Shown here: in pieces, positions 25,610-34,123 of the stretch
Layout: each line of letters opens with the position of its first letter
Numbering within the stretch: position 1 is the stretch's first letter
Source of the DNA: a virus
Lineage: Duplodnaviria > Heunggongvirae > Uroviricota > Caudoviricetes
Strand: one strand, 5' to 3'
IMG/VR virus record: IMGVR_UViG_2585427787_000014
DNA length: 40,925 nucleotides
Translations under genes and position numbers: made by a program
The notes under the pieces: model-generated
The model's input: the letters and a program-made list of their open reading frames with translations, nothing else
Databases searched by the model: none
Told to the model about the DNA's origin: nothing

Positions 25610-26500
25610 ATGCTTGACTTCATCCGTGACATTTACTCCTCTTTCCGCCAAGCATCTCTTGAGCGGGTGAAAAGCCCGTTCCTTGGGGCATTTGTTTTTT
25701 CCTGGCTTTGCTTTAATTGGCAGATGTTAGCAATTCTATTTTTTAGTTCTAAGGATATTGAAAAGCGCCTTGCTATTATTAATGGCTCTTTCGGCATCGT
25801 CAGCTTTTTAATTGCGCCAATATGCACTACAGCATTGATAGTTATCCTTTTACCGCAAATTAATAAATTGATTACAATAATACAAGATAAACCTAACTCA
25901 GACACAATTGAAATGAGCCTTGCATCTAAAATAAAGATCGCCGAACTGCAGCAACTATTAGCAGAAAATGAAGCAAGAAAGAAACTTGCTGATAAAAAAG
26001 AAGAACGCTTCATTGAAGAGAATATTATTTCAATAAAAAAAGACCATGAAAAAGCAATAGATAACCTTAAAGACAAAGAAAGTAAAATCTCAAATCTCAC
26101 GGACACAATAACTGAACTTCAGAGCAAACTGGTTAAAGCTGAGGCCACTCTCAAAGTTGAACAGGAGTCAAGATCCCAAGTGCAGAATGAATTGATTATT
26201 GAAAAAGAGAACAAGCGGAAATTAGAAGACAACATTCTGCACCTTAATTTAAGTTTAAAAAAAAACCAATCAGAATTGGCCATTGCAAAAGAAGCCTATG
26301 ATAATACCTTGATGGCTTATAATGAACTTAACACAACATTAAAAAAAGCAGAAAGCTCAATAATAAACTTCAATGCTAACTTTCCTTTTTTAACTGACAT
26401 AAATAACAGCACCCCAAATACATACTTAAAAATAAATAAAAATGCATGGGAGCATTTAGTTAGTTTAAATTTAAGTCTAAAGGAGAAAATACAAAAATAA
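25610..26500 (+). CDS. AT-rich accessory gene: membrane-anchored coiled-coil protein of unknown function (candidate exclusion/defence gene)
   Basis: 296-aa ORF on the strand opposite the structural genes, inserted between terminase and portal. Two N-terminal hydrophobic helices, then a long K/E/L/N-rich heptad-like region. AT content visibly much higher than surrounding phage genes. Confidence 0.6.
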   Translation: MLDFIRDIYSSFRQASLERVKSPFLGAFVFSWLCFNWQMLAILFFSSKDIEKRLAIINGSFGIVSFLIAPICTTALIVILLPQINKLITIIQDKPNSDTIEMSLASKIKIAELQQLLAENEARKKLADKKEERFIEENIISIKKDHEKAIDNLKDKESKISNLTDTITELQSKLVKAEATLKVEQESRSQVQNELIIEKENKRKLEDNILHLNLSLKKNQSELAIAKEAYDNTLMAYNELNTTLKKAESSIINFNANFPFLTDINNSTPNTYLKINKNAWEHLVSLNLSLKEKIQK

Positions 26501-26523
26501 ATAACCAATCCACTATGGCATAT

Positions 26524-27993
26524 TTACTCATACGGGTCATAATCTATTATAGCCTTACCCTGCAGCTGGCGCGGATCATTAAGTTTTTTTGTGACCGGAA
26601 AAGCAAACGTCAGCAGCAGCGCGTCACCCTTGCCCGGCGAGCGGCCCAAGCGCTCTTTGATATCTTCCTTCGGCTCAATGACGATCTTGCCGTCCACCCT
26701 GACTTTGTACTCTGCCGCAGACAGGTCATCAGCCGTCTCCTGGTCGTCCAGCGCGCCGCCTAGCTTCAGCCACGTCTTGCAGCTGTTGAACATCTCTCCG
26801 CGCTTATTTAGCATCTGGGGATCGGTCGAGCCGCCGCCGAACGGGATTAGCTGCCATGTCCTGCCCCAGCCGTCACCGATGGACTTCAGCCCGGTGCCGT
26901 AACCGAAGTCGATGAACACCGCGTCAGCCTGGTACTGGTCTTCAAAGTCGGCGATTCGCTTAGCCATAATCAAATCGTCGGTGGTCTTGTTGCCGGTCCA
27001 GAGCACTTTGCTGTGCAGCCCTTGCCGCAGGTATATCACCGCGTCATCAACTCCGGAATACGCCGGGTCGACGCCGATAATCACAGGAGCGTGAGCAACC
27101 TGCCCGGCGGTAACCACCCGCTTCATGGCCTCGTCTGTAAGGCCTGTTGGGATAAACTGGAGTTCTGACGCGTCAGGGAAGATCCCCCGCACGCGGACCT
27201 TCACGAAGTCGCTGTCTTCGCCGTAGTCGTCAACCCATTTCTGCAGCTGCTGCTTGTTTGTGCCTTCCACGGTGCGGCTGTCAATCTGCGCGCACTTCCA
27301 GCGGTGCTTGTACTTGCGGAAGCATTCGCGGAAGCGCCCGGTGTTACGCGTCGGGTTCCCAAACGCCACCCAGATAATTTCCGTGTCTTCGTCCGTCAGC
27401 GCACCTTCAGCAACTTCCCACACCAGATCTGCAATGTTGGACGCTTCATCGAATACCACGATGATACGCTTACGCTCGTTGTGCAGCCCGGCGAACGCCT
27501 CTGTGTTGTGCTCAGACCACGGTATTGCGTCAGCTCGCCAGCGCTTGTCGTGGCCTGGGTCATTGCTGTACATCGCCGTGGCGGTGCAGGTGAACCACTC
27601 TTTCGTGATAGCCAGATTCGACCATTTGATGATTTCCGGCCATGTCTTGGTGCGCAGCTGGTTGTCGGTGTTGGCGGTCACCACGACCTTACAATCCTCG
27701 CAAGTGGACATGCCCCAGTTGATCAGCATTGAGATGAATGCGGATTTACCAATACCGTGACCAGAAGCGCGTGCCAGCATAAGCGGCTGATATCGCGTCT
27801 CTGGATTCTGCAGGTGATCACGTATCTCTCGGAACGCATCGGCCTGCCACTGACGTGGACCGGTGGCATGTGCCAGTTCAGTCCCCTCTTCCCCCCACGG
27901 GAACGCATAGAGGGCATAACCAAGCGGATCGTGAGTAAACCCTGCAATATCCTCGATCAACTGCTCTTCAGGAGATAACACTGTATCTGTCAC
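26524..27993 (-). CDS. terminase large subunit
   Basis: 489-aa ORF; N-terminal ATPase-like region (GHGIGKS...VFDEA) and C-terminal nuclease-like region; ATGA overlap with the upstream small-subunit gene. Confidence 0.8.
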   Translation of the reverse strand: MTDTVLSPEEQLIEDIAGFTHDPLGYALYAFPWGEEGTELAHATGPRQWQADAFREIRDHLQNPETRYQPLMLARASGHGIGKSAFISMLINWGMSTCEDCKVVVTANTDNQLRTKTWPEIIKWSNLAITKEWFTCTATAMYSNDPGHDKRWRADAIPWSEHNTEAFAGLHNERKRIIVVFDEASNIADLVWEVAEGALTDEDTEIIWVAFGNPTRNTGRFRECFRKYKHRWKCAQIDSRTVEGTNKQQLQKWVDDYGEDSDFVKVRVRGIFPDASELQFIPTGLTDEAMKRVVTAGQVAHAPVIIGVDPAYSGVDDAVIYLRQGLHSKVLWTGNKTTDDLIMAKRIADFEDQYQADAVFIDFGYGTGLKSIGDGWGRTWQLIPFGGGSTDPQMLNKRGEMFNSCKTWLKLGGALDDQETADDLSAAEYKVRVDGKIVIEPKEDIKERLGRSPGKGDALLLTFAFPVTKKLNDPRQLQGKAIIDYDPYE

Positions 27994-28586
27994 TGATTAC
28001 CATCCTGACGTTCTTTGAGTCGCTTCCTGGCTGCTGCTATGCGATCAGCAATTGTCACATTCACATTAACATCCAGGCGTTCTTTGAATGCGTTGACGTC
28101 GACGTGCTTACCAATCAGTTCGAGGTTCTTCACCTTGTCAGGCCATTTAATTTTTTTGAGGATTGTCTCTATCGAATCCTCGTTCATGTTCATGATGGTC
28201 GATGACAGATCAAAGCCGCTAAGCGTAGTGCGCCAGATTTTCGGCCACTCGCGGATTGGCTTAAGGCTCCCATCGTCGTTGAGGATGTCGATCACGTCCA
28301 TCTGGTCGATCTCCACCAGGCGCATGAGAACGTAATCAGCACTGACGCGCATTCGTTTGTTGCGCTCCTCCATCAACTCGGCAATCCGTTTTTGAATGCG
28401 TTCATCGCGCATCATGACACTGGCTTTAACTGCCGCTGTATTTGGGGAGAATCCTGCATTAATCGCTGCCTGAGTCTGGTTTTCAGGAGTTTTGATGTAT
28501 GACTGGCAATAAGCCTCCTGCATTGCTGTTAGTGGCTTAAATTGCGTTGATTTGCGTTTATAGGTTTTAGGTTCAGCAGGCATCAT
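27990..28586 (-). CDS. terminase small subunit
   Basis: Start taken at MMPAEPKTYK with GGTGG 4 nt upstream (track ORF extends to 28664). Basic helical protein directly upstream of the large subunit. Confidence 0.55.
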   Translation of the reverse strand: MMPAEPKTYKRKSTQFKPLTAMQEAYCQSYIKTPENQTQAAINAGFSPNTAAVKASVMMRDERIQKRIAELMEERNKRMRVSADYVLMRLVEIDQMDVIDILNDDGSLKPIREWPKIWRTTLSGFDLSSTIMNMNEDSIETILKKIKWPDKVKNLELIGKHVDVNAFKERLDVNVNVTIADRIAAARKRLKERQDGNQ

Positions 28587-28602
28587 AACCACCGTGGTAA
28601 TA

Positions 28603-28619
28603 GTTACCGTTGTGGTAAT
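28603..28619. promoter_or_regulatory. 17-bp palindrome copy (GTTACC-GTTGT-GGTAAT)
   Basis: Within direct repeats GTGGTAATAGTTACC / GTGGTAATAGTACC, 18 bp upstream of the proposed small-terminase start. Confidence 0.5.
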
Positions 28620-28660
28620 AGTACCATGCAAAATAAAGCCGCCATAGTTGGCGGCAGTAT

Positions 28661-28894
28661 TCAAAGTCCATCAAATTCATCGTAAAAACTCTCGTCAAGA
28701 TACCCTTCCCATTTACCGCGAATGAAAATTACATCCTCGCCGCAAGGGTGCTGACTGTCGATAACTATATCCCTCCTGGCGCAACCATACTTATGCATGA
28801 GAAATTTAACCTCTTTCGGAAAATTTGCTGAGTTATCTCTCATATCTTCAAGGTCGTAGCGTATTTTTGGCATAACACCTTCGTGACATGTCAC
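28661..28894 (-). CDS. hypothetical protein
   Basis: 77-aa ORF, ATGA-coupled to the upstream gene. Confidence 0.5.
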   Translation of the reverse strand: MTCHEGVMPKIRYDLEDMRDNSANFPKEVKFLMHKYGCARRDIVIDSQHPCGEDVIFIRGKWEGYLDESFYDEFDGL

Positions 28895-29238
28895 GCTATT
28901 AATTTCGTTTCATGCCAGCCTTTAGTCACCCAGCATTGCGAGTCACCATTACACGGGCATGAATTAACGGGAACTCTCTCGCCGCACTTACCGCAAAGTT
29001 TTCTGCTGATCGATTTTATACGCCCGCGCACACGTGCATCATCCTGGCGGATCAGCAGCGCGATGTACTCGGCCATTTCATAGGGATCGCGACCAGGGCG
29101 CCGGGCGGCGCAGTTCCGCGCCAGCATTTCCTGCTCCTGCTTATCCAGCACCAGTTCAATTTTGCGCTCACCGGCGGCGGACTGCCGAGCGCGCTGCGCG
29201 GCTTTGCGTTCTGCGGGGGATTTAGCCACGAATCGCAC
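28891..29238 (-). CDS. Cys-rich (zinc-finger-like) basic protein; possible late regulator
   Basis: 115-aa ORF with CGKCG...CPCNGDSQC cluster and a basic N-terminus; lies just before the packaging genes. Confidence 0.45.
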   Translation of the reverse strand: MRFVAKSPAERKAAQRARQSAAGERKIELVLDKQEQEMLARNCAARRPGRDPYEMAEYIALLIRQDDARVRGRIKSISRKLCGKCGERVPVNSCPCNGDSQCWVTKGWHETKLIA

Positions 29239-29344
29239 TCCACGCCAGATTGATTAATGACTCCCAGGCAATATAAACCCGGATACCAGCAGCCAGGCCG
29301 AAACCAATCACCATGGCATAAAGCAGAGCGTTGCACTTGTTCAT
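29222..29344 (-). CDS. small membrane peptide (40 aa)
   Basis: Not in the track. ATG overlaps the stop of 29344-29880 (ATGA); MNKCNALLYAMVIGFGLAAGIRVYIAWESLINLAWSAIRG; 3' end overlaps the next gene start by 17 nt. Confidence 0.3.
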   Translation of the reverse strand: MNKCNALLYAMVIGFGLAAGIRVYIAWESLINLAWSAIRG

Positions 29345-29880
29345 CACTTCACCTCCTGTGGCGGCTCCGGTAGCGGCATCCAGTGGGTTACATTGCGGCT
29401 CTGCGTTTCGAAGAACTCCTCACCATTGCGGACGACATCAAAAAACTCTCCGTCCCGATATTGCGCATAAAGAACGAATGCGCCATCACATAAAATAATT
29501 ACGTGCTGACCATCATTTGGCATTCGCTCACTACAGCTTATCCAACCATCCGGAGTTACCGGAGAATTGCCATTTATATCGAAGTTTGGCTCTGCGTCCT
29601 GAACCAGGAGGATGTAACCATTCTTGGCAGTATCAAGTTCTAACGCCTCGGTGACGGTACCGAAATAGCGATTACCTAAATCCGCATCACAAGTGCTTAC
29701 ATCAATGGAAACCTCCATGCCTTCGATTAATTCTGGCAAGTTGTAAGTTTGGCTTACAGGTTCTGCTCCCAGTGATGCCAGTGCAATTCGTGCCAGTTCC
29801 ATTTGTTCGCCACGAGTAAGCCCGTTTTCAAGCGGATTTTTAATGAACAATTCAATACGTTCTTTGGTAATAGTGGTCAT
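29344..29880 (-). CDS. DUF551-like phage protein
   Basis: 178-aa ORF; C-terminal motif (...NVTHWMPLPEPP) matches what I recall of DUF551 proteins in lambdoid nin regions. Confidence 0.5.
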   Translation of the reverse strand: MTTITKERIELFIKNPLENGLTRGEQMELARIALASLGAEPVSQTYNLPELIEGMEVSIDVSTCDADLGNRYFGTVTEALELDTAKNGYILLVQDAEPNFDINGNSPVTPDGWISCSERMPNDGQHVIILCDGAFVLYAQYRDGEFFDVVRNGEEFFETQSRNVTHWMPLPEPPQEVK

Positions 29881-29890
29881 TTGTTAGTCC

Positions 29891-30646
29891 TTAAACTGCT
29901 AGTTGCAATTGCATTTCAAAGCGGTCGCGTTGTTCACAATACGCAAGAGAACCAGGGCTATTGTGTGCCTCAATCCGTTCTACCATTAATGCTGCGCGTG
30001 TCTCTTTACTTGCAGGTGCATAAGCCCCAGACCAGGCTTTATCAATACCGATGTTTCGAGCGACGTTCGTACTATCTGCGCTGGCTAAGGGTAATTTTGT
30101 GAATATCAGCGGATTTAACATGCGCAATCCATGTAGTTTCGTAACCGGCTGACCATGCCCATCAACAATGTGACGAATCAGGTCTTTCATTCTGGCTACC
30201 GCAAGAGTTGGGCGCTTTACGTCATAGTCGCCACAACTACCGATAGCCACTCGCGGAAACTCATTGCACAAATGAATAAATCGCTCGTCACTTTCATTCA
30301 TGTGCCACACTGGAACGCCAGCTAGTTTTCCGTGAGGCCACTCATTCAGAAGCGCATCATTTTCCTCCTCTCCGCCATCAATAACATCCGGGATAATGGC
30401 AAAATCGAATCCTGGGTGATTCTTCCAGCGAGCAACAAACTCGTAGTAATCGCTCCAGTCGATTTTGTTTTTGCCAGCTGCTTTCCAGGCGGTGAATGCA
30501 CCGTTGTCCAGCGCGAACGACTGACAGTATTCAGCCGCGAGATTGATCTGGCCTGAATGCGCAAAACTGATAAACGCATGTCGCCCTTTCCATGCTCTCA
30601 TTGCGCACGTATCAGGAGTAATAGGCCCACCGTGGTAGTGAATCAT
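29891..30646 (-). CDS. hypothetical enzyme-like protein; weak hint of a tRNA-guanine-transglycosylase-like (DpdA-type) fold
   Basis: Start taken at MIHYHGGP (track ORF extends to 30688). Motif LDNGAF loosely recalls the TGT catalytic DSGGF block. Unverified. Confidence 0.3.
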   Translation of the reverse strand: MIHYHGGPITPDTCAMRAWKGRHAFISFAHSGQINLAAEYCQSFALDNGAFTAWKAAGKNKIDWSDYYEFVARWKNHPGFDFAIIPDVIDGGEEENDALLNEWPHGKLAGVPVWHMNESDERFIHLCNEFPRVAIGSCGDYDVKRPTLAVARMKDLIRHIVDGHGQPVTKLHGLRMLNPLIFTKLPLASADSTNVARNIGIDKAWSGAYAPASKETRAALMVERIEAHNSPGSLAYCEQRDRFEMQLQLAV

Positions 30647-30647
30647 C

Positions 30648-31055
30648 TCACTCTCCTTTGATGCGAATGCCAGTAGCGCGGATTGCATCGATGACTTCAG
30701 AAACTTTGTATGCCATTACCGTTTGGTAATCATCGTGAAAATCTGTTCGATGAAGCATGCTGCTACGTTCCGGGAGCAGTATTTCCCGCGCTTCCAGTTC
30801 TGCAATGCGCTTTTTTGCTGCTTCCAGTTCATCCAGTAATTCCAGCACGGTAGCCGGATTAGCCTTGGCAACAAAATCCCGGACTGGCTTACAATCAATC
30901 TCCGCAATGGGTTGATACGATGTGTAGCCATGCTGTCTTGTATTACTACCGTGACGAATAACGAAAAAATCACCATTTATTTTTTTAGCCTGCCACTTAT
31001 CTTCACCGGCTTTCTCCGCCGCCTCACGCAGTGCCTGGTAATTAATTTCGCTCAC
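30648..31055 (-). CDS. ead/Ea22-like protein
   Basis: 135-aa ORF; segment ATVLELLDELEAAKKRIAELEA typical of Ea22-like proteins as I recall them. Confidence 0.5.
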   Translation of the reverse strand: MSEINYQALREAAEKAGEDKWQAKKINGDFFVIRHGSNTRQHGYTSYQPIAEIDCKPVRDFVAKANPATVLELLDELEAAKKRIAELEAREILLPERSSMLHRTDFHDDYQTVMAYKVSEVIDAIRATGIRIKGE

Positions 31056-31636
31056 TGGTTGCCTCCTTTGCGAAGCTGGTCGGCGAACAAACGTACACCA
31101 GACGCTTCACTGCGTAGAAACTTAACGGCATAATCAAAACCACCTCGTTCTGCGTCGTCTGCTGCGTTGTCGAGGTTATCTGCGTACATCTCTACCCCCT
31201 GCGCACGCACTTCAGCCAGGAAAGCATCGGTGGCTGGGGTGTCTGATTGCAGAAACTTTGCGCGATAGTCATTCCACCCTCTTGCATACATGGGATTAAC
31301 TTGCACTCCATCTTTTACGCAATATGCCTGCCCTCCACGGTTGATAACCTTGATTTCGTCCATAGCGCCAGACTTCAGCCCAGCATTCTCCGCCGCCAGC
31401 GCTGAAAACTTCTCGTGTGCCAACTTAACAGCCGCATCAGCCTGCTTAATTGACTCAATCGCTCTCTGCTGGTCTTCGGCCAGCGCATTAGCACGCGCCA
31501 GTTGCACTTCCAGTTGCGTTGCCAAATCGCTGATCAGCTTTGCCACGCTGCGCATATCAACGGCACCACATTCAGCTTTCAGTTCCGAAGCCATCTCATG
31601 CCCGGCGGAAACTAACCCTTTGATATTACCGTCCAT
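31052..31636 (-). CDS. coiled-coil protein (Ea22-like N-terminal region)
   Basis: 194-aa ORF, ATGA-coupled to the downstream gene. Confidence 0.45.
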   Translation of the reverse strand: MDGNIKGLVSAGHEMASELKAECGAVDMRSVAKLISDLATQLEVQLARANALAEDQQRAIESIKQADAAVKLAHEKFSALAAENAGLKSGAMDEIKVINRGGQAYCVKDGVQVNPMYARGWNDYRAKFLQSDTPATDAFLAEVRAQGVEMYADNLDNAADDAERGGFDYAVKFLRSEASGVRLFADQLRKGGNQ

Positions 31637-31697
31637 CTTTACCCTCGCTTATCCACATAACTTATTGATTACATTGATAACTAAAAAGATCGTCGAT

Positions 31698-32042
31698 TCA
31701 GAACTCTTCGATGTTCCAGCCACCACCTGCTTTCTTTGGCTTAACCGTTACCCCGATGATTCGGAACGGATACTGATCTGCGGCGACTTTGGTTTTCACC
31801 CTGGCGTCGTCGGTCCAGAAACCTTTCACTTCGTGCAGTTCCATCTCGCCGGTGGCGAGCATCACAGCAAAATCGGGCGTATAGAACGTGTTATCAGCTA
31901 ACCGCAGCTTGATACCCTCGAATCGATACCAGGCGATTTCCCCTGCACGTTTACGCTGCTCAAGGTGCTGGCAATACGCAGATTCTGTTTTGTTCATCTG
32001 TCCTGTTTTGAGTCGACCAAGAGCCTGTATCTGTTTTCTCAT
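31698..32042 (-). CDS. DUF1064-like phage protein
   Basis: 114-aa ORF; start codon immediately preceded by a palindrome copy that overlaps the ribosome-binding region. Confidence 0.45.
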   Translation of the reverse strand: MRKQIQALGRLKTGQMNKTESAYCQHLEQRKRAGEIAWYRFEGIKLRLADNTFYTPDFAVMLATGEMELHEVKGFWTDDARVKTKVAADQYPFRIIGVTVKPKKAGGGWNIEEF

Positions 32043-32044
32043 GA

Positions 32045-32061
32045 TTTACCCCTGAGGTAAT
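32045..32061. promoter_or_regulatory. 17-bp palindrome copy (TTTACC-CCTGA-GGTAAT) abutting a start codon
   Basis: Ends 3 nt from the ATG of gene 31698-32042; adjacent to the AAAAACCACATAAGA element (32062-32080). Confidence 0.5.
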
Positions 32062-32106
32062 TAAAAACCACATAAGACATGAAATCAATAGATTTTAGAA
32101 TATTTT

Positions 32107-32123
32107 ATTACCCAACAGGTAAT
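32107..32123. promoter_or_regulatory. 17-bp palindrome copy (ATTACC-CAACA-GGTAAT)
   Basis: Perfect; between the P-like gene stop (32160) and gene 31698-32042. Confidence 0.55.
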
Positions 32124-32159
32124 TATCGAGACGTAAAAAAATGCGCTATCGCGCTGGTA

Positions 32160-32945
32160 TTACTTGATAAATCCTGACGCCTTTCCCCGCCTGTATTCCT
32201 CCATCAGCCACTGCGCCGGTGTTATTCCCCCCAGGGTGGCGGCGTTAGGCATACACCCGAAACTTCGCCCTGGTGGATGGTAAACGTCTCTCCCTGTGTC
32301 CGGAGGCGTACTCATGGGTTCTGGCTTTGCCTGTATGCTGATCACCGGATCGGGTATCTGCTGTCCGGAAGCCACCTTTTTCGCCCAATCATCGAGCAGC
32401 CTGCGCGCGTGTTTCTCAACCTCAATCTCGCTAAGCTGGCGCTGATACATTGCACGGCGGGTATCACATACGACCCAGTACATAACCGGATGCCGCCACG
32501 GGAATCTTTCGGGACCACCAGGATATAAACTTTTTTCCTTGCTGTACCGGTGAAACTCCGTCATCACATCGTCAATGGTGACGCCAAGAACCATCTTGCT
32601 GTCTTTACACCACTTGATAAATTGCCCTGGCGACGGCCAGAACGGAGATTCACTGGCGCGGGCGTGGCGCATACCAGCAGAAACCTGTTCACGGGTTCGG
32701 ATCCCACCTTCGGCAAACGCAGCAATCCACTGCTGTTTTGCAGCGACTTCCTGCTCTGGCATCTTCAGGTTGGTTACCACTGCCGCCGGAAACAGTTGTT
32801 TCAGCTGTTTGAAAAGGGCATCAACAAGCCTCTCTGCTGACATGTTCACCACATTGTCATTGTTGACGTACTGATGCTCATAACCTGACATGCGAGAAAG
32901 GGCTTCTCCGTCACGGTTTTGTATCGCGGTAAAAACGTTGTTCAC
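32160..32945 (-). CDS. replication protein P-like (lambda P family helicase loader)
   Basis: Similarity to lambda P as I recall it (AAKQQWIAAFAEGGIRTREQVSAGMRHARASESPFWPSPGQFIKWCKD). Proposed GTG start at 32945 preceded by GGAGGA, overlapping the O-like stop as GTGA; track ORF runs to 32960. Confidence 0.7.
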   Translation of the reverse strand: MNNVFTAIQNRDGEALSRMSGYEHQYVNNDNVVNMSAERLVDALFKQLKQLFPAAVVTNLKMPEQEVAAKQQWIAAFAEGGIRTREQVSAGMRHARASESPFWPSPGQFIKWCKDSKMVLGVTIDDVMTEFHRYSKEKSLYPGGPERFPWRHPVMYWVVCDTRRAMYQRQLSEIEVEKHARRLLDDWAKKVASGQQIPDPVISIQAKPEPMSTPPDTGRDVYHPPGRSFGCMPNAATLGGITPAQWLMEEYRRGKASGFIK

Positions 32946-33757
32946 AAGAAATCCTCCCACGCTTCAGGGCTGTTCCAGTGCGGAACGTTGTTATCAGGTA
33001 ATGTTGATTGCTTCTGTCTGCTAATCTGCAGCCGCCTTGCCAGCTTCTGCTCCCACTGTGCCTGATGGTATGCCTTACCCTCAGCCATCCAGTAAATTCT
33101 GAACTCTGCAAGTTCCTGTGCCGTTGGCAGACTGTCCAGGTAGATCCCCTGCAATGAGCTTTTCCGAAGAAAGTCATCTGATGGCTGCCATTGTTCATGC
33201 ATGACAAATTTGCCTAATTGCCCTGGCCCACCAGGAGGAGCAAAGTTATTCATCACGGCGTTGTTTGCGCCGGGGTCATGAGGCACAGAATCCCCGCTTT
33301 TTGTCCTGCTCTCCCTCTCTTGGTTAAATGACTGGTTATATGACTGGTTCTGGATCCCGTTTTTGGGATCATTCAACATCCCGTTTTTGGGATCATTCAA
33401 CATCCCGTTTTTGGGTATATTACCGTTTTCGGTAACATTACCGTTTTCGGGTTCATTGCCCCTCTCCCGGTTGCCTTTAATGTTCCCGTTTTTGGTTATA
33501 TTAAGAGAGAAAACCCGCACCCTTTTTGTCGCTCCCTTTCTCTCTCCGGTATCTGAAATAAGCCCCATTTTCATGAGCGATATAAGCCCGGCCTGCACGG
33601 TTTTTTTATTCAGGCAAGTGTCTTTAACGAGGCGTTCTATGCTGGGGTAGCAGAGGTTATATTCATCGGCTCTGTCAGCCATCGAGAGCAGTATGAGCTT
33701 TAATGACGAGCTACCTGGATCTGTCTCCCAGGCCCAATCTGTTGCATGTCTGCTCAT
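32942..33757 (-). CDS. replication initiator (lambda O-like) with HTH N-domain and internal repeat region
   Basis: 271-aa ORF; N-terminal HTH-like region (LKLILLSMADRADEYNLCYPSIERLVKDTCLNKKTVQAGLISL), central repeat-encoded segment (KNGMLNDP x2), immediately upstream of the P-like gene. Confidence 0.6.
   Translation of the reverse strand: MSRHATDWAWETDPGSSSLKLILLSMADRADEYNLCYPSIERLVKDTCLNKKTVQAGLISLMKMGLISDTGERKGATKRVRVFSLNITKNGNIKGNRERGNEPENGNVTENGNIPKNGMLNDPKNGMLNDPKNGIQNQSYNQSFNQERESRTKSGDSVPHDPGANNAVMNNFAPPGGPGQLGKFVMHEQWQPSDDFLRKSSLQGIYLDSLPTAQELAEFRIYWMAEGKAYHQAQWEQKLARRLQISRQKQSTLPDNNVPHWNSPEAWEDFL
33353..33460. repeat. iteron-like tandem direct repeats inside the O-like gene (candidate origin)
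   Basis: Two perfect 24-bp units (GATCCCGTTTTTGGGATCATTCAA / CATCCCGTTTTTGGGATCATTCAA) plus a degenerate third, then two 18-bp units (ATTACCGTTTTCGGTAAC / ATTACCGTTTTCGGGTTC); a further CCCGTTTTTGG copy at about 33484. Confidence 0.6.
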
Positions 33758-33772
33758 GATTAATCTCCGCTA

Positions 33773-33973
33773 TCAGCTTGAATGTTGTGGGGAGGAATTA
33801 ATCATGATCTGCTTAATCTCTGCCCTGATACGACGGTTTGATTCCATGGTGCACTCAACACAGTGTCCGTTGTAAACCCAGCGTTCACTGTCATGTCCGT
33901 GCTTACATGGTTTTCCGGTGTAGTAGCGTTTAAGTCCGCGCTTTGCGGCATCAATACGTGTAATGATTTCCAT
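33773..33973 (-). CDS. small Cys/His-rich (zinc-binding-like) protein in the CII position
   Basis: Start taken at MEIITRID...; the track ORF begins at a TTG at 34036 and an ATG at 34009 is also possible. Contains CKHGHDSERWVYNGHCVEC. Confidence 0.4.
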   Translation of the reverse strand: MEIITRIDAAKRGLKRYYTGKPCKHGHDSERWVYNGHCVECTMESNRRIRAEIKQIMINSSPQHSS

Positions 33974-34052
33974 GGTAAGCCCTGTTATTAGTATTGGGAT
34001 TACGGTCATTTTGTGCTGACACAAAAAAAAGATCAACCAGATTTGGTTATTT

Positions 34053-34069
34053 ATTACCTTTGAGGTACG
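34053..34069. promoter_or_regulatory. 17-bp palindrome copy, imperfect (ATTACC-TTTGA-GGTACG)
   Basis: Between a hairpin after the Cro-like gene and the next gene. Confidence 0.4.
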
Positions 34070-34083
34070 AATAGATATGAAAA

Positions 34084-34100
34084 GACCGCCGGATGGCGGC
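34084..34100 (-). terminator. hairpin terminator after the Cro-like gene (tR1-like position)
   Basis: Stem CCGCC / GGCGG with loop GGAT; on the minus strand followed by TCTTTTCAT. Confidence 0.4.
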
Positions 34101-34123
34101 CTACAGAGGGTTGTGGCTGGATA

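Noticed and set aside
29052-29336. 94-aa minus-strand ORF
   Set aside because: Largely overlaps 28891-29238 in another frame; replaced by the 40-aa coupled ORF 29222-29344 plus the 115-aa gene.
33363-33650. 95-aa plus-strand ORF
   Set aside because: Antisense to the O-like gene; its repetitive peptide is a by-product of the iteron repeats.
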